A stretch of 64,000 nucleotides of DNA from Nitrospirota bacterium (GTDB lineage: Bacteria; Nitrospirota; UBA9217), in contig CAVTAJ010000013.1 of the NCBI GenBank assembly GCA_963732675.1, positions 98,137 to 162,136 on the forward strand, in the 5' to 3' direction. Under the pieces are notes generated by a model. That model searched no databases, had not been told where the DNA came from, and worked only from the letters and a program-made list of their open reading frames with translations. Made by a program: the position numbers and the translations under genes. Below, piece after piece: positions 20,145 to 30,905 of the stretch. The first letter of the stretch is position 1, and each line of letters begins with the position of its first letter.

Positions 20145-21980
20145 ATGCTGAGGGTAAGGGCCGTTCTCCGCTATCCAGACGCAGACTGGGGAAAAGTATT
20201 TCCCTTCCTGAGCTGGAAGCACCTGATAAACCGCAGGAGCACGCGCGCCGACCTCATGGCCGGGATCACCGGTGCGATCATCGTGCTGCCGCAGGGCGTC
20301 GCCTTTGCCATGATCGCGGGCCTGCCGCCGGAATACGGGCTCTATTCCGCCATCGTGCCGGCGATGATCGCCGCCCTGTTCGGTTCCTCCTTTCACCTTA
20401 TCTCCGGGCCCACGACCGCCATCTCCATCGTGGTGTTCACCACCGTCAGCCCCCTTGCAGAACCCTCGAGCGCCGCGTACATCCAGATGGTCCTCACGCT
20501 CACGTTCATTGCCGGCGCTTTCCAGTTCGCGCTGGGGCTTTCGCGGCTCGGCGCGCTCGTCAATTTCGTCTCCCACTCCGTGGTGGTGGGCTTTACCGCC
20601 GGCGCGGCACTGCTCATCGGGACCAGCCAGCTCAGCAACTTCTTCGGCGTGCCCGGCGCAAAACAGCATTCCTTTATCCATATCTGGATGGACCTCTTCC
20701 ACCGGCTGCCGGAGACCAACCTGTTTGTGGTCGGCATCGCCCTTGCCACGCTGACTGCCGCCCTCCTCTTCAAGATCTACTTCCCCCGCTGGCCCGGCAT
20801 GCTGCTTGCCATGATCATCGGCAGCGTGCTCGCAGCGGCACTTCATGGCAAGGAACACGGGGTACGGCTGATCGGGTCCCTGCCGGGACACCTGCCGCCG
20901 CTCTCCCTGCCCGACCTCTCCACAGCATCGGTGCGACAGCTGGCGCCTGCCGCGCTCGCCGTTGCCATGCTCGGCCTGGCCGAGGCCGTGTCCATCGCCC
21001 GGTCCGTGGCAACCCGCTCTCACCAGCGCATCGACAGCAACCAGGAGTTCATCGGCCAGGGCCTCTCGAACATCGTGGGCAGCTTTTTCTCGAGCTATGC
21101 CTCGTCGGGCTCCTTTACCCGCACCGGGCTGAACTACGAGGTGGGGGCGCAGACCCCCATGGCCGCGGTGTATGCGGCCGCCACCCTGACCGCGGTGCTG
21201 CTGCTCATTGCCCCGCTCACGGCCTATCTCCCGATCGCGTCCATGGCGGGCGTGCTGCTCCTGGTCGCCTACAGCCTCGTCGACATTCACCACATCAAGA
21301 CCATCATCAGCGTAAGCAATCAGGAGACCGCCGTGCTTGTTGTCACCTTTTTTGCGACCCTGCTCGTGGAGCTGGAATTCGCCATTTACATCGGCGTCAT
21401 CCTGTCGCTCCTGCTCTATCTTAACCGCACCTCGCACCCCCATTTTGTCACCCTGGTCCCCGATCCCGACAGCAAGCGGCGGAGCTTCGTTAACATTCTA
21501 AAAAAGCCGTCCCTTGAATGCCCCCAGATGAAGATCATCCGGATCGACGGGTCTCTGTTCTTCGGCGCTGTAAATCATATTGCCGATCAACTGGATAAGA
21601 TCGCCAAAGAGAGCCCTGAGCAGGCCCATATCCTGATCGTTGGCAGCGGCATCAATTTTATCGACGTCGCGGGATGTGAAATGCTGGCCAATGAGGCCCA
21701 TCGTCTGCACATGAGCGGAAGAAAGCTCTACTTCTGTTCGATGAAGAGCGAGATCCTGGACATCCTGGGGCGCGGCGGCTACCTGGACCGGATCGGCGAG
21801 GAAAACATCTTCCTGTCCAAAGCCCAGGCAATGAAAAGGATCGTGCTCCAACGTCTGGACCCGGAGCGGTGCCGTGTCTGCCGGGCCCGCATCTTTACGG
21901 AATGCAGCCAGATGCCGCAGGAACCAATGACCAATAAACCTGAAAAGATCGTTGAACAAAGGATTAACTCGGAGTTATAA
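20145..21980 (+). CDS. SulP-family anion transporter with a C-terminal STAS domain
   Basis: DLMAGITGAIIVLPQGVAFAMIAGLPPEYGLYSAIVPAMIAALFGSSFHLISGPT... STAS tail: MKIIRIDGSLFFGAVNHIADQL... Confidence 0.9.
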   Translation: MLRVRAVLRYPDADWGKVFPFLSWKHLINRRSTRADLMAGITGAIIVLPQGVAFAMIAGLPPEYGLYSAIVPAMIAALFGSSFHLISGPTTAISIVVFTTVSPLAEPSSAAYIQMVLTLTFIAGAFQFALGLSRLGALVNFVSHSVVVGFTAGAALLIGTSQLSNFFGVPGAKQHSFIHIWMDLFHRLPETNLFVVGIALATLTAALLFKIYFPRWPGMLLAMIIGSVLAAALHGKEHGVRLIGSLPGHLPPLSLPDLSTASVRQLAPAALAVAMLGLAEAVSIARSVATRSHQRIDSNQEFIGQGLSNIVGSFFSSYASSGSFTRTGLNYEVGAQTPMAAVYAAATLTAVLLLIAPLTAYLPIASMAGVLLLVAYSLVDIHHIKTIISVSNQETAVLVVTFFATLLVELEFAIYIGVILSLLLYLNRTSHPHFVTLVPDPDSKRRSFVNILKKPSLECPQMKIIRIDGSLFFGAVNHIADQLDKIAKESPEQAHILIVGSGINFIDVAGCEMLANEAHRLHMSGRKLYFCSMKSEILDILGRGGYLDRIGEENIFLSKAQAMKRIVLQRLDPERCRVCRARIFTECSQMPQEPMTNKPEKIVEQRINSEL

Positions 21981-22278
21981 CGCTTCCGGAACGTGCGTGA
22001 CGGGGCGATCTGTTCGGAGAGCCTTGATTTTACCCTCATGCTTCCTTTTATATCGTTTTTCTGCGAAAATCTGCTTCAAACCTCATGCGTAAAGACGACA
22101 GGTTGCGTCCCTGTACTTTAAAAAAGAGTTAGAGCTTTTCGTTTCAAAAAGGTGTATACTGATGTTTCCTGGAAAGGACGTCTGATCCAGACGAGAACCT
22201 TCCGGAGCAACCCCCCTCGACAAAGAAACTGCAGTTCGTTATGAGTACATCAGCCCAGTCGATGAAAAGGAGAACACG

Positions 22279-22683
22279 ATGCCAGAAAAAATCCAAGCCG
22301 GTGACAACATTGCCTCATACTGCACCAAGTGCAAGCTCAACCTCGACCATACGGTCGTGGCCATGGCCGACGAGACCATCGCCAAGGTAAAATGCAAAAC
22401 CTGCGCCAGTGTGCACAAGTTCAAGGACCCGGCGGCCGTCAAAAAGCCCCGGACCGTGAAAAAGAAGGAAGATGCTGTGAAAACCGCCGAAACCCTGTGG
22501 GAGACCAGCCTGTCCGAGACAAAGGGCAAAGAGCGCGTATACGACATGTCCGGTAAATACCGCGTCGGCGACATCGTGCTCCACAATACCTTTGGCAAGG
22601 GCATCGTGCGGAAGCTCTATATGAACAAGTGCGACATGCTCTTCAAGGACAAGGAACGCCTCATGGCGTCGGCGAACCAATAG
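22279..22683 (+). CDS. zinc-ribbon protein with a C-terminal GD-x-V-x-H-x-x-FG-x-G (Tudor/DUF3553-like) motif; function unknown
   Basis: ATG follows AAAGGAG. The paired CxxC motifs are YCTKCK...KCKTCA. The C-terminus reads YRVGDIVLHNTFGKGIV. Confidence 0.6.
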   Translation: MPEKIQAGDNIASYCTKCKLNLDHTVVAMADETIAKVKCKTCASVHKFKDPAAVKKPRTVKKKEDAVKTAETLWETSLSETKGKERVYDMSGKYRVGDIVLHNTFGKGIVRKLYMNKCDMLFKDKERLMASANQ

Positions 22684-22859
22684 CCTTCATTCTCTTACCG
22701 CACTCGCCCCGTGTGAGATGAAAAATGCTGACCGGAGTGAGCCGCTAAAAAAATCTGTGGCGTAAGAAGGTGAGAACGCAGGCACGTAAGCAGGCCCCCG
22801 TTTCTCACCTTCTTCCCTTTTTAACCTCTCATCTCAGCGCCAGGCCATCTCTTTCCGAA

Positions 22860-24033
22860 ATGAGTACATCAAAAATCCTCATCACCTGCCCCAAAGGCAT
22901 CCCTCCTTTTCTCAAGCAGGAGTTGTGTAACCTGCGCTTCCCGGTGCTGTCCGAAAACATCGCCGGTGTCGAGACCGAGGGCAGCCTCGACGACGCCATG
23001 CGTTTGAACCTGTTCCTTCGCACGGGACACCGTGTGCTTTTCGTGCTGAAGGAATTTCACGGCCAGGAACGCCGACGAGCTCTATCGGGCGATACGCGGC
23101 ATCGCCTGGGAGCGGCACATCCCCGAGGACGGGTATCTCTGCATCACCTCGAGCGTCGATAATCCCACGATCAAAGACTCCCGCTTCGCGAGCCTGAAAT
23201 GCAAGGACGCCATTGTCGACCGCATACAGGAACACTGCGGGAAACGGCCCGACTCCGGCCCCGAACGCGACCGGTCCGTGGTGCATCTCTACTGGAAGGA
23301 CGACCAGTGCTCGGTGTATCTCGACACCACGGGAGAACCGCTCTCGCGCCGCGGCTACCGGAAGATCCCGCTGGGAGCGCCCATGCAGGAGACGCTTGCC
23401 GGCGCGGTCGTGCTCGCCACGGGCTGGAACGGCACGGGGAACTTCATCAACCCCATGTGCGGCAGCGGCACGCTCGCTATCGAGGCGGCGCTCATCGGCC
23501 TGGACCGCGCGCCGGGGATCCTCAGGGGCAACTTCGGGTTCATGCACCTCAAGGGATTCAACGAAGCCCGCTGGAACGAGCTGCGCGAGAAGGCGCGGAA
23601 GGAGGCAAAGAAAAGCCTGCCAGGGAAGATCATCGCCACGGACATCAGCCCTCATGCGGTCGAAGCTGCGAAGAAGAACGCGACCACCGCCGGCGTTGAG
23701 CATTCCATCGAATTCAGCGTCTGCAATTTCTCCGACACTCCTTTGCCCGGGGACGGCGGCGTCATTGTGCTGAACCCCGAGTACGGCGAACGGATGGGCG
23801 AGGTCCAGAGGCTCGAGGCCACCTACAAGGACATCGGCGATTATTTCAAGCAGAAGTGCAGAGGCTTTACCGGCTACGTGTTCACGGGCAATCCCGCGCT
23901 CGCCAAGAAGGTGAGCCTCAAACCGAAGAGGACCTTTCAATTCTTTAACAGCGGGATCGAGTGCCGGCTGCTCGAGTATGAGCTGTATGAAGGGACCAGA
24001 AAGTTCAAAAAGCCAAAACCGCCGAAGGACTGA
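22860..24033 (+). CDS. THUMP-domain class I SAM-dependent RNA methyltransferase (RlmL N-terminal / YpsC-like); one frame change near 23057
   Basis: MSTSKILITCPKGIPPFLKQEL...GHRVLFVLKEFH continues in the +1 frame as ARNADELYRAIRGIAWERHIPEDGYLCITSS...LSRRGYRK...APMQETLAGAVV...NPMCGSGTLAIEAAL...VLNPEYGERMG. Confidence 0.8.
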
Positions 24034-24146
24034 AACCCGCCCCCCATCGTTTTTAGGCAGGAAGAGAATGCGTTTGTATGAACTCGAAAATCGTCATACC
24101 CGCCCTTTCCCCTCGTCAATAATCCCTTACAAAAACAAAAAATCAT

Positions 24147-24175
24147 TTGCCATATCAACCCTGCTGCGTTATTAT
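24147..24175 (+). promoter_or_regulatory. sigma70-type promoter candidate for the ABC-F gene (TTGCCA-N17-TATTAT)
   Basis: TTGCCA at 24147-24152 and TATTAT at 24170-24175, 47 nt upstream of the ATG at 24222. Confidence 0.45.
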
Positions 24176-24221
24176 GCTAAGCTGTTTTAGCAACTCATCT
24201 TTTTACCAGCAAGGAAAACAA

Positions 24222-26088
24222 ATGCTTCAGATCACGAACATAGAAAAATCCTACGGCAAACAGCTGCTCTTTGACAGCGTCAACCTCACGGTCAATCCCG
24301 GAGAACGCGTGGGGCTCGTGGGCAGGAACGGCCACGGCAAGACCACGCTCTTCCGCCTGATCCTCGGCGAAGAACATGCGGAATCGGGCTTGATCAAGGT
24401 GCCGAACGGGTATACCATCGGCCACCTCTCGCAGCACATCAACTTCACCGAGGACACGGTGATCAAGGAGGCCTGCCTGAGCCTCCCGGAGAACGAGGAC
24501 CATATCGATGAAACGTACAAGGCCGAGGCGATCCTGTTCGGCCTCGGGTTCACGGCCGAGGACATGGACAAGGACCCGGCCTCGCTCTCGGGCGGGTACC
24601 AGGTCAGGCTGAACCTCACGAAGGTCCTGGTGTCCGAGCCCAATCTCCTTCTGCTCGACGAACCCACGAACTATCTCGACATCATCTCGGTCCGCTGGCT
24701 CACCCAGTTCCTGCGCGCCTGGAGGAGCGAACTCATCATCATCACCCACGACCGCGACTTCATGGACAGCGTCACCACCCACACCATGTGCATCCACCGG
24801 AACAAGATCCGCAAGGTCGCCGGGTCCACGGAAAAGCTGTACGCCCAGATCCTGCTGGAAGAGGAAGTCTACGAAAAGACGCGGCAGAACGACGACAAGA
24901 AGCGCAAGGAGGCCGAGGCGTTCATCAATCGCTTCCGCGCCTCGGCCACGAAAGCGAAAGCGGTCCAGTCCCGCATCAAGGCCTTCGAGAAGCGGGAGAA
25001 GTTCGATAAGCTCGAGGAGATCAAGACCCTCGATTTCTCCTTTCGTTCGGCGCCCTTTGCCGCCAAGTGGCTCCTGACCGCGGAAGACCTTTCCTTCTCC
25101 TTCACCCCTGACGGGCCGAAGCTGATCGACGGGATCTCCTTCGGCGTGGCAAAAAAGGACCGCATCGCCGTCATCGGCAAGAACGGCAAGGGAAAGACCA
25201 CGCTCCTGAACCTGCTGGCGAACGAGATGCTCCGCGACCGGCGGCGAGGTGAGGCTCCATCCGAACACGAAGCTCGCCTATTTCGGCCAGACGAACATCA
25301 ACCGGCTGAATCCCGCTAAAACCTGCCTTGACGAGATCATGACCGCCCATCCCGAGCACAGCCACGGCATGGCCCGCGCCATCTGCGGCGTCATGATGTT
25401 CGAGGGCGACAACGCGCTCAAAAAGGTGAGCGTGCTCTCGGGCGGCGAGAAGAGCCGCGTGCTGCTCGGCAAGCTCCTTGTCTCACCGGCCAACCTCCTG
25501 ATGCTCGATGAACCCACGAACCACCTGGACATGGAGTCCATCGACTCGCTCGTCGAGGCCATCGAGGTCTTCGACGGCGCGGTGATCATCGTGACGCACA
25601 GCGAAATGATCCTGAACGCCGTGGCCACGAAGCTGATCGTCTATGACAAGGGAACGGTGAGCGTGTTCGACGGCACGTACCGGGAATTCCTCGAGCGCGT
25701 GGGATGGGACGATGAGGGCGGCGTCAAGGCGCCGAAGCAAAAGAAAAAAGACCAGGACCGGGGCGGCAACCGCAAGGACGCGAAGAAACTGCGCGCCGGG
25801 CTCGTGAACGACAAGTCAAAGGTCCTGAGCACGATGAAGAGCAGGATCGCGGCGCTCGAAGAAGAGATCACGAAACTGGAGTTCGACGTGGAACAGGACA
25901 CGCAGAAGCTGCTTGATGCCTCCCTCAAGGGCGAGGCCCTGTCCATCAAGCGGCTGTCGCAGGCCGTCCGGGACAACAAGGCGCGCATCGATGCGCGCTT
26001 TGCGGAGCTCCAGACCGTCACCACCGAACACGACGAGAAGGCGAAAGAGTTCGACGAGCAGCTGAACGAGCTGGCGCTGATATCATAA
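24222..26088 (+). CDS. ABC-F family ATPase with two ABC domains and no TM domain; one frame change near 25232
   Basis: MLQITNIEKSYGKQLLFDSVNLTVNPGERVGLVGRNGHGKTTL...LSGGYQVRLNL...LLLDEPTNYLD. The second half reads GKNGKGKTTLLNLLA...LSGGEKSRVLL...LMLDEPTNHLD and is followed by a charged coiled-coil tail. Confidence 0.9.
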
Positions 26089-26118
26089 GAAATTTTGCAT
26101 ACCAGGACTAACATCTAT

Positions 26119-26254
26119 CTCGCGCGAAGCCGCAAAGACCGCAAAGAACGTCAAAAACAAAAGGGGTTATTGTTTAAACTCAAGATCTAAAGCCTCTCTT
26201 TGTGCACTTTGCGGCTCAGTGTGGCCCTCTTCTTGGCCATTTGGATTGCGCGAG
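26119..26254. repeat. heptad-hairpin element, CGCAAAG/CTTTGYG word type, carrying the 28-nt core in reverse orientation
   Basis: Left arm CTCGCGCGAAGCCGCAAAGACCGCAAAGAACG. Right arm CTCTTTGTGCACTTTGCGGCTCAGTGTGGCCCTCTTCTTGGCCATTTGGATTGCGCGAG. The termini pair (TCTCGCGCG / TTGCGCGAGA). Confidence 0.85.
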
Positions 26255-26317
26255 AAAAATGATTTTATGCGTGGTTCCGTGCTGTAGTCCTGTGGTTTAG
26301 TGTATGGTGATACGACG

Positions 26318-28289
26318 ATGAAAGGCTTCAACCGCTTTCTCCTCCAATTCCAGCAAGACGTAAAGCAATGGCTTTTCTTCATGCTTTACCTGTCTTTCTT
26401 CCGTATCTCTTTTATCCTCTATTTCCGGAGCAAGATCGAACCCGCCACCGGCCTCTCTGATGTACTGATGACCGCGCTGAACGGGCTCCGCTACGACTCC
26501 ATGGTCTCCAGCTGGTGGATCCTGGTCCCGTTCCTTGCGAGCATCGCAACCGGTTTCGCGACGTTCGACCGCCTCGCTGACCGCATCCGCCAGGCCTTTG
26601 GCTTTCTTTTTATTCTCCTGACCTCCATCGCCTGGGTCTTCACCTTCGTCTACTTCAAGGAATACAACGAGCAGTTCAACTACTTTATTTTTAACCTGTA
26701 CTATGACGATACGAAAGCGATCATGCAGACGATCTGGACGGATTACCATCCCATCCCCGTGCTGATCATCATCAGCGTTATCTCGACCATCGCCTTCTCC
26801 GTGGTACAATTCCTCCTGAAGAGAAGGCCCCGTGCGACGGAGACGATCGCGGCCCGCCAATTTTCCCATTGTCTCACGAATACTTATTTCCCTGCTCATT
26901 CTGGCGCTGCTTATCGTGGCTTCTCGCGGATCGATCGGCCGCAGGCCCGCGCAGCGCAAGGACGCGGCGATCTCGAAGGACGCCTTCCTGAACAAGGCCG
27001 TGGTGAACCCCTACTTCTCACTTCTCTTCGCACTACAGGACCACGTCCTGCAAACCGGCCTGGCGGGACTGGAATCATATTTGCCGGACCGTGACGTACG
27101 GAAGGCGGCGCAGGAACTGTTCAATGATCATCGATCGTTCGACAATCTCGATGCCTATCTGAAAAAGCATGCGAAGGGTCCGAAGACCGTGCCGCCGCGC
27201 CACATTTTCCTCGTTGTCATGGAGAGCTACGATGCCTGGCCGTTCATCAAGAAGTACGCCTCCCTCGGCCTGACGGGAAATCTCACCCATCTCGCGGAGA
27301 ACGGCATTTATTTCGAGGACTTCGTTCCTGCCTCGGACGGCACCATGCAGTCGCTCACCGCGATCATGACGAGCATCCCCTATACTCAAGTTGAGATCAA
27401 TTATCAGTTCACGGCCCGCAAACCCTATCCTTCGTCGTTGTTCGAGACGTTCAAGCGACTTGGTTACCGCACGAGGCTGTTCTACGGTGGGTATCTGAGC
27501 TGGCAACGATTCGGGGATTTCGCCAAGGACCAGGGAGCGGAAGAGATCTACGGCGCGCCGCATATGAGCAAAGGCGTGGCAACCCATGAATGGGGCGTGG
27601 ACGATGAATATCTGCTCGACTTTATCGCGGGCAAGGTGGATGACAGCCAACCGAGCTTCAACCTTATCATGACGACGAGCTACCACCCGCCCTATAATAT
27701 CGATGTGTGGGGCAAAGGCTTTCCATTAAAACAGGTACCGCCCGATATCGCTCCGATGTTCGACAACACCACGAGCCTCAAGATGCTCGGCCATTTGTGG
27801 TACTCGGACAAATGCCTTGGCGATTTTGTGAGGAAGATCGAGGGCAAACTGCCCCGTCCGCTCTTTGCGTTCACCGGCGACCATTACGGCCGCAAGTTCA
27901 TCAATGCCAATCCGGATTTTTTTGAACGGTCCGGGGTCCCCCTGGTCCTGTATGGAAGAGAGGTGCTTCGCGGCATCAAGCTCCCCCGGGGCGCTGCAGG
28001 CACCCATATCGATATCGGACCCACGCTGGTCGAGCTCACTGCTCCAGAAGGGTTCGAGTACTTCTCGGTCGGACAGGACCTGCTCGCGCCGAGGGAACGG
28101 TTTTTGGCCGTCGGCTGGAGGAAGATCATCGGAAAGGACTTTATCTTCGATGTGGGAGGAAAGGAGTTCCATCCACTTCCGGGGAAAGCACTGCCGCAGA
28201 ACCTGCCTGACCCGCAAGAGTTGACGGCAGCCTACGACCGTACCTACGGCATCGGTTGGTGGCGGGTGAGACAAGGGGATCAGCTTTAG
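26318..28289 (+). CDS. LTA-synthase/phosphoglycerol-transferase family membrane sulfatase-fold enzyme; one frame change near 26845
   Basis: N-terminal polytopic part (WLFFMLYLSFFRISFILYF...). Extracytoplasmic alkaline-phosphatase-fold part: PRHIFLVVMESYDAW...DGTMQSLTAIMTSIP...HEWGVDDEYL...FNLIMTTSYHPPY...FTGDHYGR. Confidence 0.8.
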
Positions 28290-28348
28290 AAGAGTGCGAA
28301 AGAATCCTGCGGTCACTTGAACAGAATTACGCGCACGGGTGATAACAC

Positions 28349-28379
28349 AACAGCCCCGGCCTGAAGGTCCGGGGCTGTT
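28349..28379. terminator. hairpin between convergent genes; possible terminator with no clear U-tract
   Basis: AACAGCCCCGG / CCGGGGCTGTT 11-bp stem with a 9-nt loop. Confidence 0.4.
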
Positions 28380-28403
28380 GGAATGAGTACGCTGAGGATC
28401 GCC

Positions 28404-28934
28404 TTACTTCCGGGCTGACAACTTGTTGAGCGCCTGCCTGGCCGAGTCGGCGCCGGGTCCACTCGGCACCAGTTCAAGATAGCGATTGAACTCCTGTATG
28501 GCCTCTGCTTTCCTGTTCAGATCAAAACCCAGCACCACGCCGAGATTGAGGTGTCCATTCGGAAATTTCGGGTCGATCTTGAGCGCCTTCCGGTACTGCT
28601 CCACTGCCTTGTCGAATTTGCCGATCCCGCGATAGCAGGTCCCCTGGTCGACCAGTACGGCCACGTTCTTTGGCTCAAGGGCGAGCGCCTTTTCATAGGG
28701 ATCCACAGCCTCGCCAAAGCGCTGCGCATCCATCAAGGCATTGCCGAGATTGATCCAGGCCTGCGCGTTCTTTGGCGCCATCTTTGCCGCCTGCTCCATC
28801 TGGTCGAGCTGCAGTTGCGCCGGCGGTGCCGCTGGCGCATAATTTAGCTGCTGCTGTTTCTCCTCCTGCTTCTTGCACCCGATGGTCATCAGCATCATGA
28901 ACGACACGACCGCAACAACAATGATTTTTTTCAT
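28404..28934 (-). CDS. TPR-repeat lipoprotein
   Basis: MKKIIVVAVVSFMMLMTIGC lipobox, then TPR repeats (AWINLGNALMDAQRFGEAVDPYEKALALEPKNVAVLVDQGTCYRGIGKFDKAVEQYRKALKIDP). Confidence 0.8.
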   Translation of the reverse strand: MKKIIVVAVVSFMMLMTIGCKKQEEKQQQLNYAPAAPPAQLQLDQMEQAAKMAPKNAQAWINLGNALMDAQRFGEAVDPYEKALALEPKNVAVLVDQGTCYRGIGKFDKAVEQYRKALKIDPKFPNGHLNLGVVLGFDLNRKAEAIQEFNRYLELVPSGPGADSARQALNKLSARK

Positions 28935-29011
28935 GCTTCCTCCTTGCCACAGTTATGGTATCTCCCATCAAGGGAGACGAATTAAAATGATATCGTCTTA
29001 TGTTCCCTGTT

Positions 29012-29329
29012 TTATCTCTTGACGAACGAGCAGCAGTAATCGCTCAGCCTTTTTACTTTCATCGTGAATTTGGAGTTGGCGGCCACTGCAAAGGACTCGC
29101 CGCCCTTGACCGTCATCCAGTTCTTCTCCCCCGGCAGGAGCACGTCAAGCTCGCCGGACATGATCTCCATGATCTCCTTGTCAGTGGTGCTGAACTCGTA
29201 CACGCCGGGCTGCATCACACCGAGGGTCTTTTTGGAGCCGTCGGGAAAGACCACGGTCCTGCTGGTCACCTTGCCGTCGAAATAGACGTTTGCTTTCTTG
29301 ATCACGGTTACATTCTTAAATTCGGACAT
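29012..29329 (-). CDS. ppnP: pyrimidine/purine nucleoside phosphorylase PpnP (DUF1255 cupin)
   Basis: [68 protein letters not shown]... matches the YaiE/PpnP family pattern. Confidence 0.8.
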   Translation of the reverse strand: MSEFKNVTVIKKANVYFDGKVTSRTVVFPDGSKKTLGVMQPGVYEFSTTDKEIMEIMSGELDVLLPGEKNWMTVKGGESFAVAANSKFTMKVKRLSDYCCSFVKR

Positions 29330-29590
29330 TGAACCCCCTTTTCACCCGCCGATGAATGGTTATAAGATACTATCGATGTTTCCTGCGCAGTTTTGTACCA
29401 CGTTCTTCTGTTTTTGTATAGCATTTTTTATATGCATCATCTGTCTCAGCACCTGGGATTCGATGGATTTGGTGATCTCGTCCGAGAGACTCCTGGGGCA
29501 GGAAAAAGTTGTTGCTGATGTTTACGACATTTCTGTTGAAGCCAAAACGTAATTATTCTCTCGTGAAATGCCTCTCTTGCTTCTCGGAGA

Positions 29591-30509
29591 TCACCTTCGG
29601 GGTGCCGCTTTTTCAAGGGACGCAGGGCGGATGAACTTCTCGAGCCCTTCACGGAACCCCAGGGGCTCGATGCCGAATGCGTCGCGGATATCGCGCATGG
29701 TGCAGACCGTGTCTTCCTGCAGCATGATGAGCTGGTCCGTGGTCACCGGCGGTTTTGGCAGCACGGCTTTGAGTACCGTTGCCATGGACTTCATGAAGAA
29801 AAGCGGCAGGTGCAGGGTGGGCCGCTTCACCCCCATGGCATCGGCGATCGCAACGGTGACTTCCTCGTAGGTCAGCTGGTCAGGCCCGCCGATCTCGTAG
29901 ATCTCATTCAAACAGCAATCGCTCGTCACGGCCTTCACGATGCACGTCGCGACATCGTCGATGAAGATCGGCTGCACCTTCGACCTGCCCGACCCGATGA
30001 TGGGCAGGACCGGCGAAAGCCGGATCATCTCAGACAGCCTGATAGTGAACTGGTCGCCGGGACCGTAGATGAGCGACGGGCGCAGGATGGTGAAGGAGAT
30101 CCCGCTCGCGCGCACGAGCTCCTCTGCCGCCCACTTGGACTTGTGATATTCGCTCTTGGCGTTGGGCCGGGTGCCGAGGGCGCTCTGGTAAAAGAAGTGG
30201 CGCACGCCGCTCTTTCTCGCCGCTTCAAGGAGGTTCCGCGTGCCGTCAACATGCACACGCTGGAAGGTCGCGCCCGCTGCCTCCTGGATGATGCCCACGA
30301 GATGGATAATGCGCTCCACGCCGATTGTCGCCTTCTCAAGCGAGTCAGTGTCCGACACATCGCCTTTGACGACATCCACCCCAAGGTCTGTTGAGCGCCC
30401 GGGCCTTGTCCGGGTCCCTGACGATCGCCCGAACAGGAATGCCCTCTTGACGCATGCGCTTGATCAGATGACTGCCGACGAATCCCGTGCCGCCGGTTAC
30501 GAGTATCAT
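29591..30509 (-). CDS. NAD(P)-binding Rossmann epimerase/dehydratase-like protein (NDUFA9/NmrA-like); one frame change near 30390
   Basis: My reverse translation from the ATG at 30509 gives MILVTGGTGFVGSHLIKRMRQEGIPVRAIVRDPDKARAL. It then joins ORF 29591..30379: VDVVKGDVSDTDSLEKATIGVERIIHLVGII... Confidence 0.75.
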
Positions 30510-30660
30510 GGAGAACCCCCCGTGAACGTCATTTTTCCCTCGAAGCGATGGAAGACAGGAAGAGACCGCAGTTTTTACCGTTTCAAAACACCACAGGCCT
30601 GTTTCATTTTACGTTAAGCAAAACCGGACCGAACGTCATTATGTGACGGGAATAAAGAAT

Positions 30661-30788
30661 GACAAAGTCGCAAAAAATCTTGTCTCACACAATGGCCAAG
30701 AAGAGGGCCACACTGAGCCACGAAGCCACGGAGAGGGAGCATCTTCATAATTAATGGCTTTTCTTTGTGCCCTTTGTGCCTCCGTGTG
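30661..30788. repeat. heptad-hairpin element carrying the 28-nt core in forward orientation
   Basis: GACAAAGTCGCAAAAAA...ATGGCCAAGAAGAGGGCCACACTGAGCCACGAAGCCACGGAGAGGGAGC ... GGCTTTTCTTTGTGCCCTTTGTGCCTCCGTGTG. Confidence 0.85.
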
Positions 30789-30905
30789 AATAATCGACTT
30801 ATTACGAAATCATCAATAATAAAGATGGATATAAAAAATTCAAAACCTGTTGATCCTGTTCTCCTGAAAAAATAGGTTTTGTTTTTTCTGTTCTCGTATG
30901 AACAA

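Noticed and set aside
20051-21443. Very long ORFs overlapping real genes in other frames or on the opposite strand. Examples: 20051..21424 (+), 20133..21443 (-), 9665..10834 (+), 7146..8147 (+), 15582..16736 (+), 56470..57657 (+), 49722..50822 (-), 2658..3329 (-).
   Set aside because: Their translations are Arg/Pro/Gly/Ala/His-rich low-complexity strings typical of shadow frames in GC-rich coding DNA. In every case the overlapped frame encodes a recognisable conserved protein.
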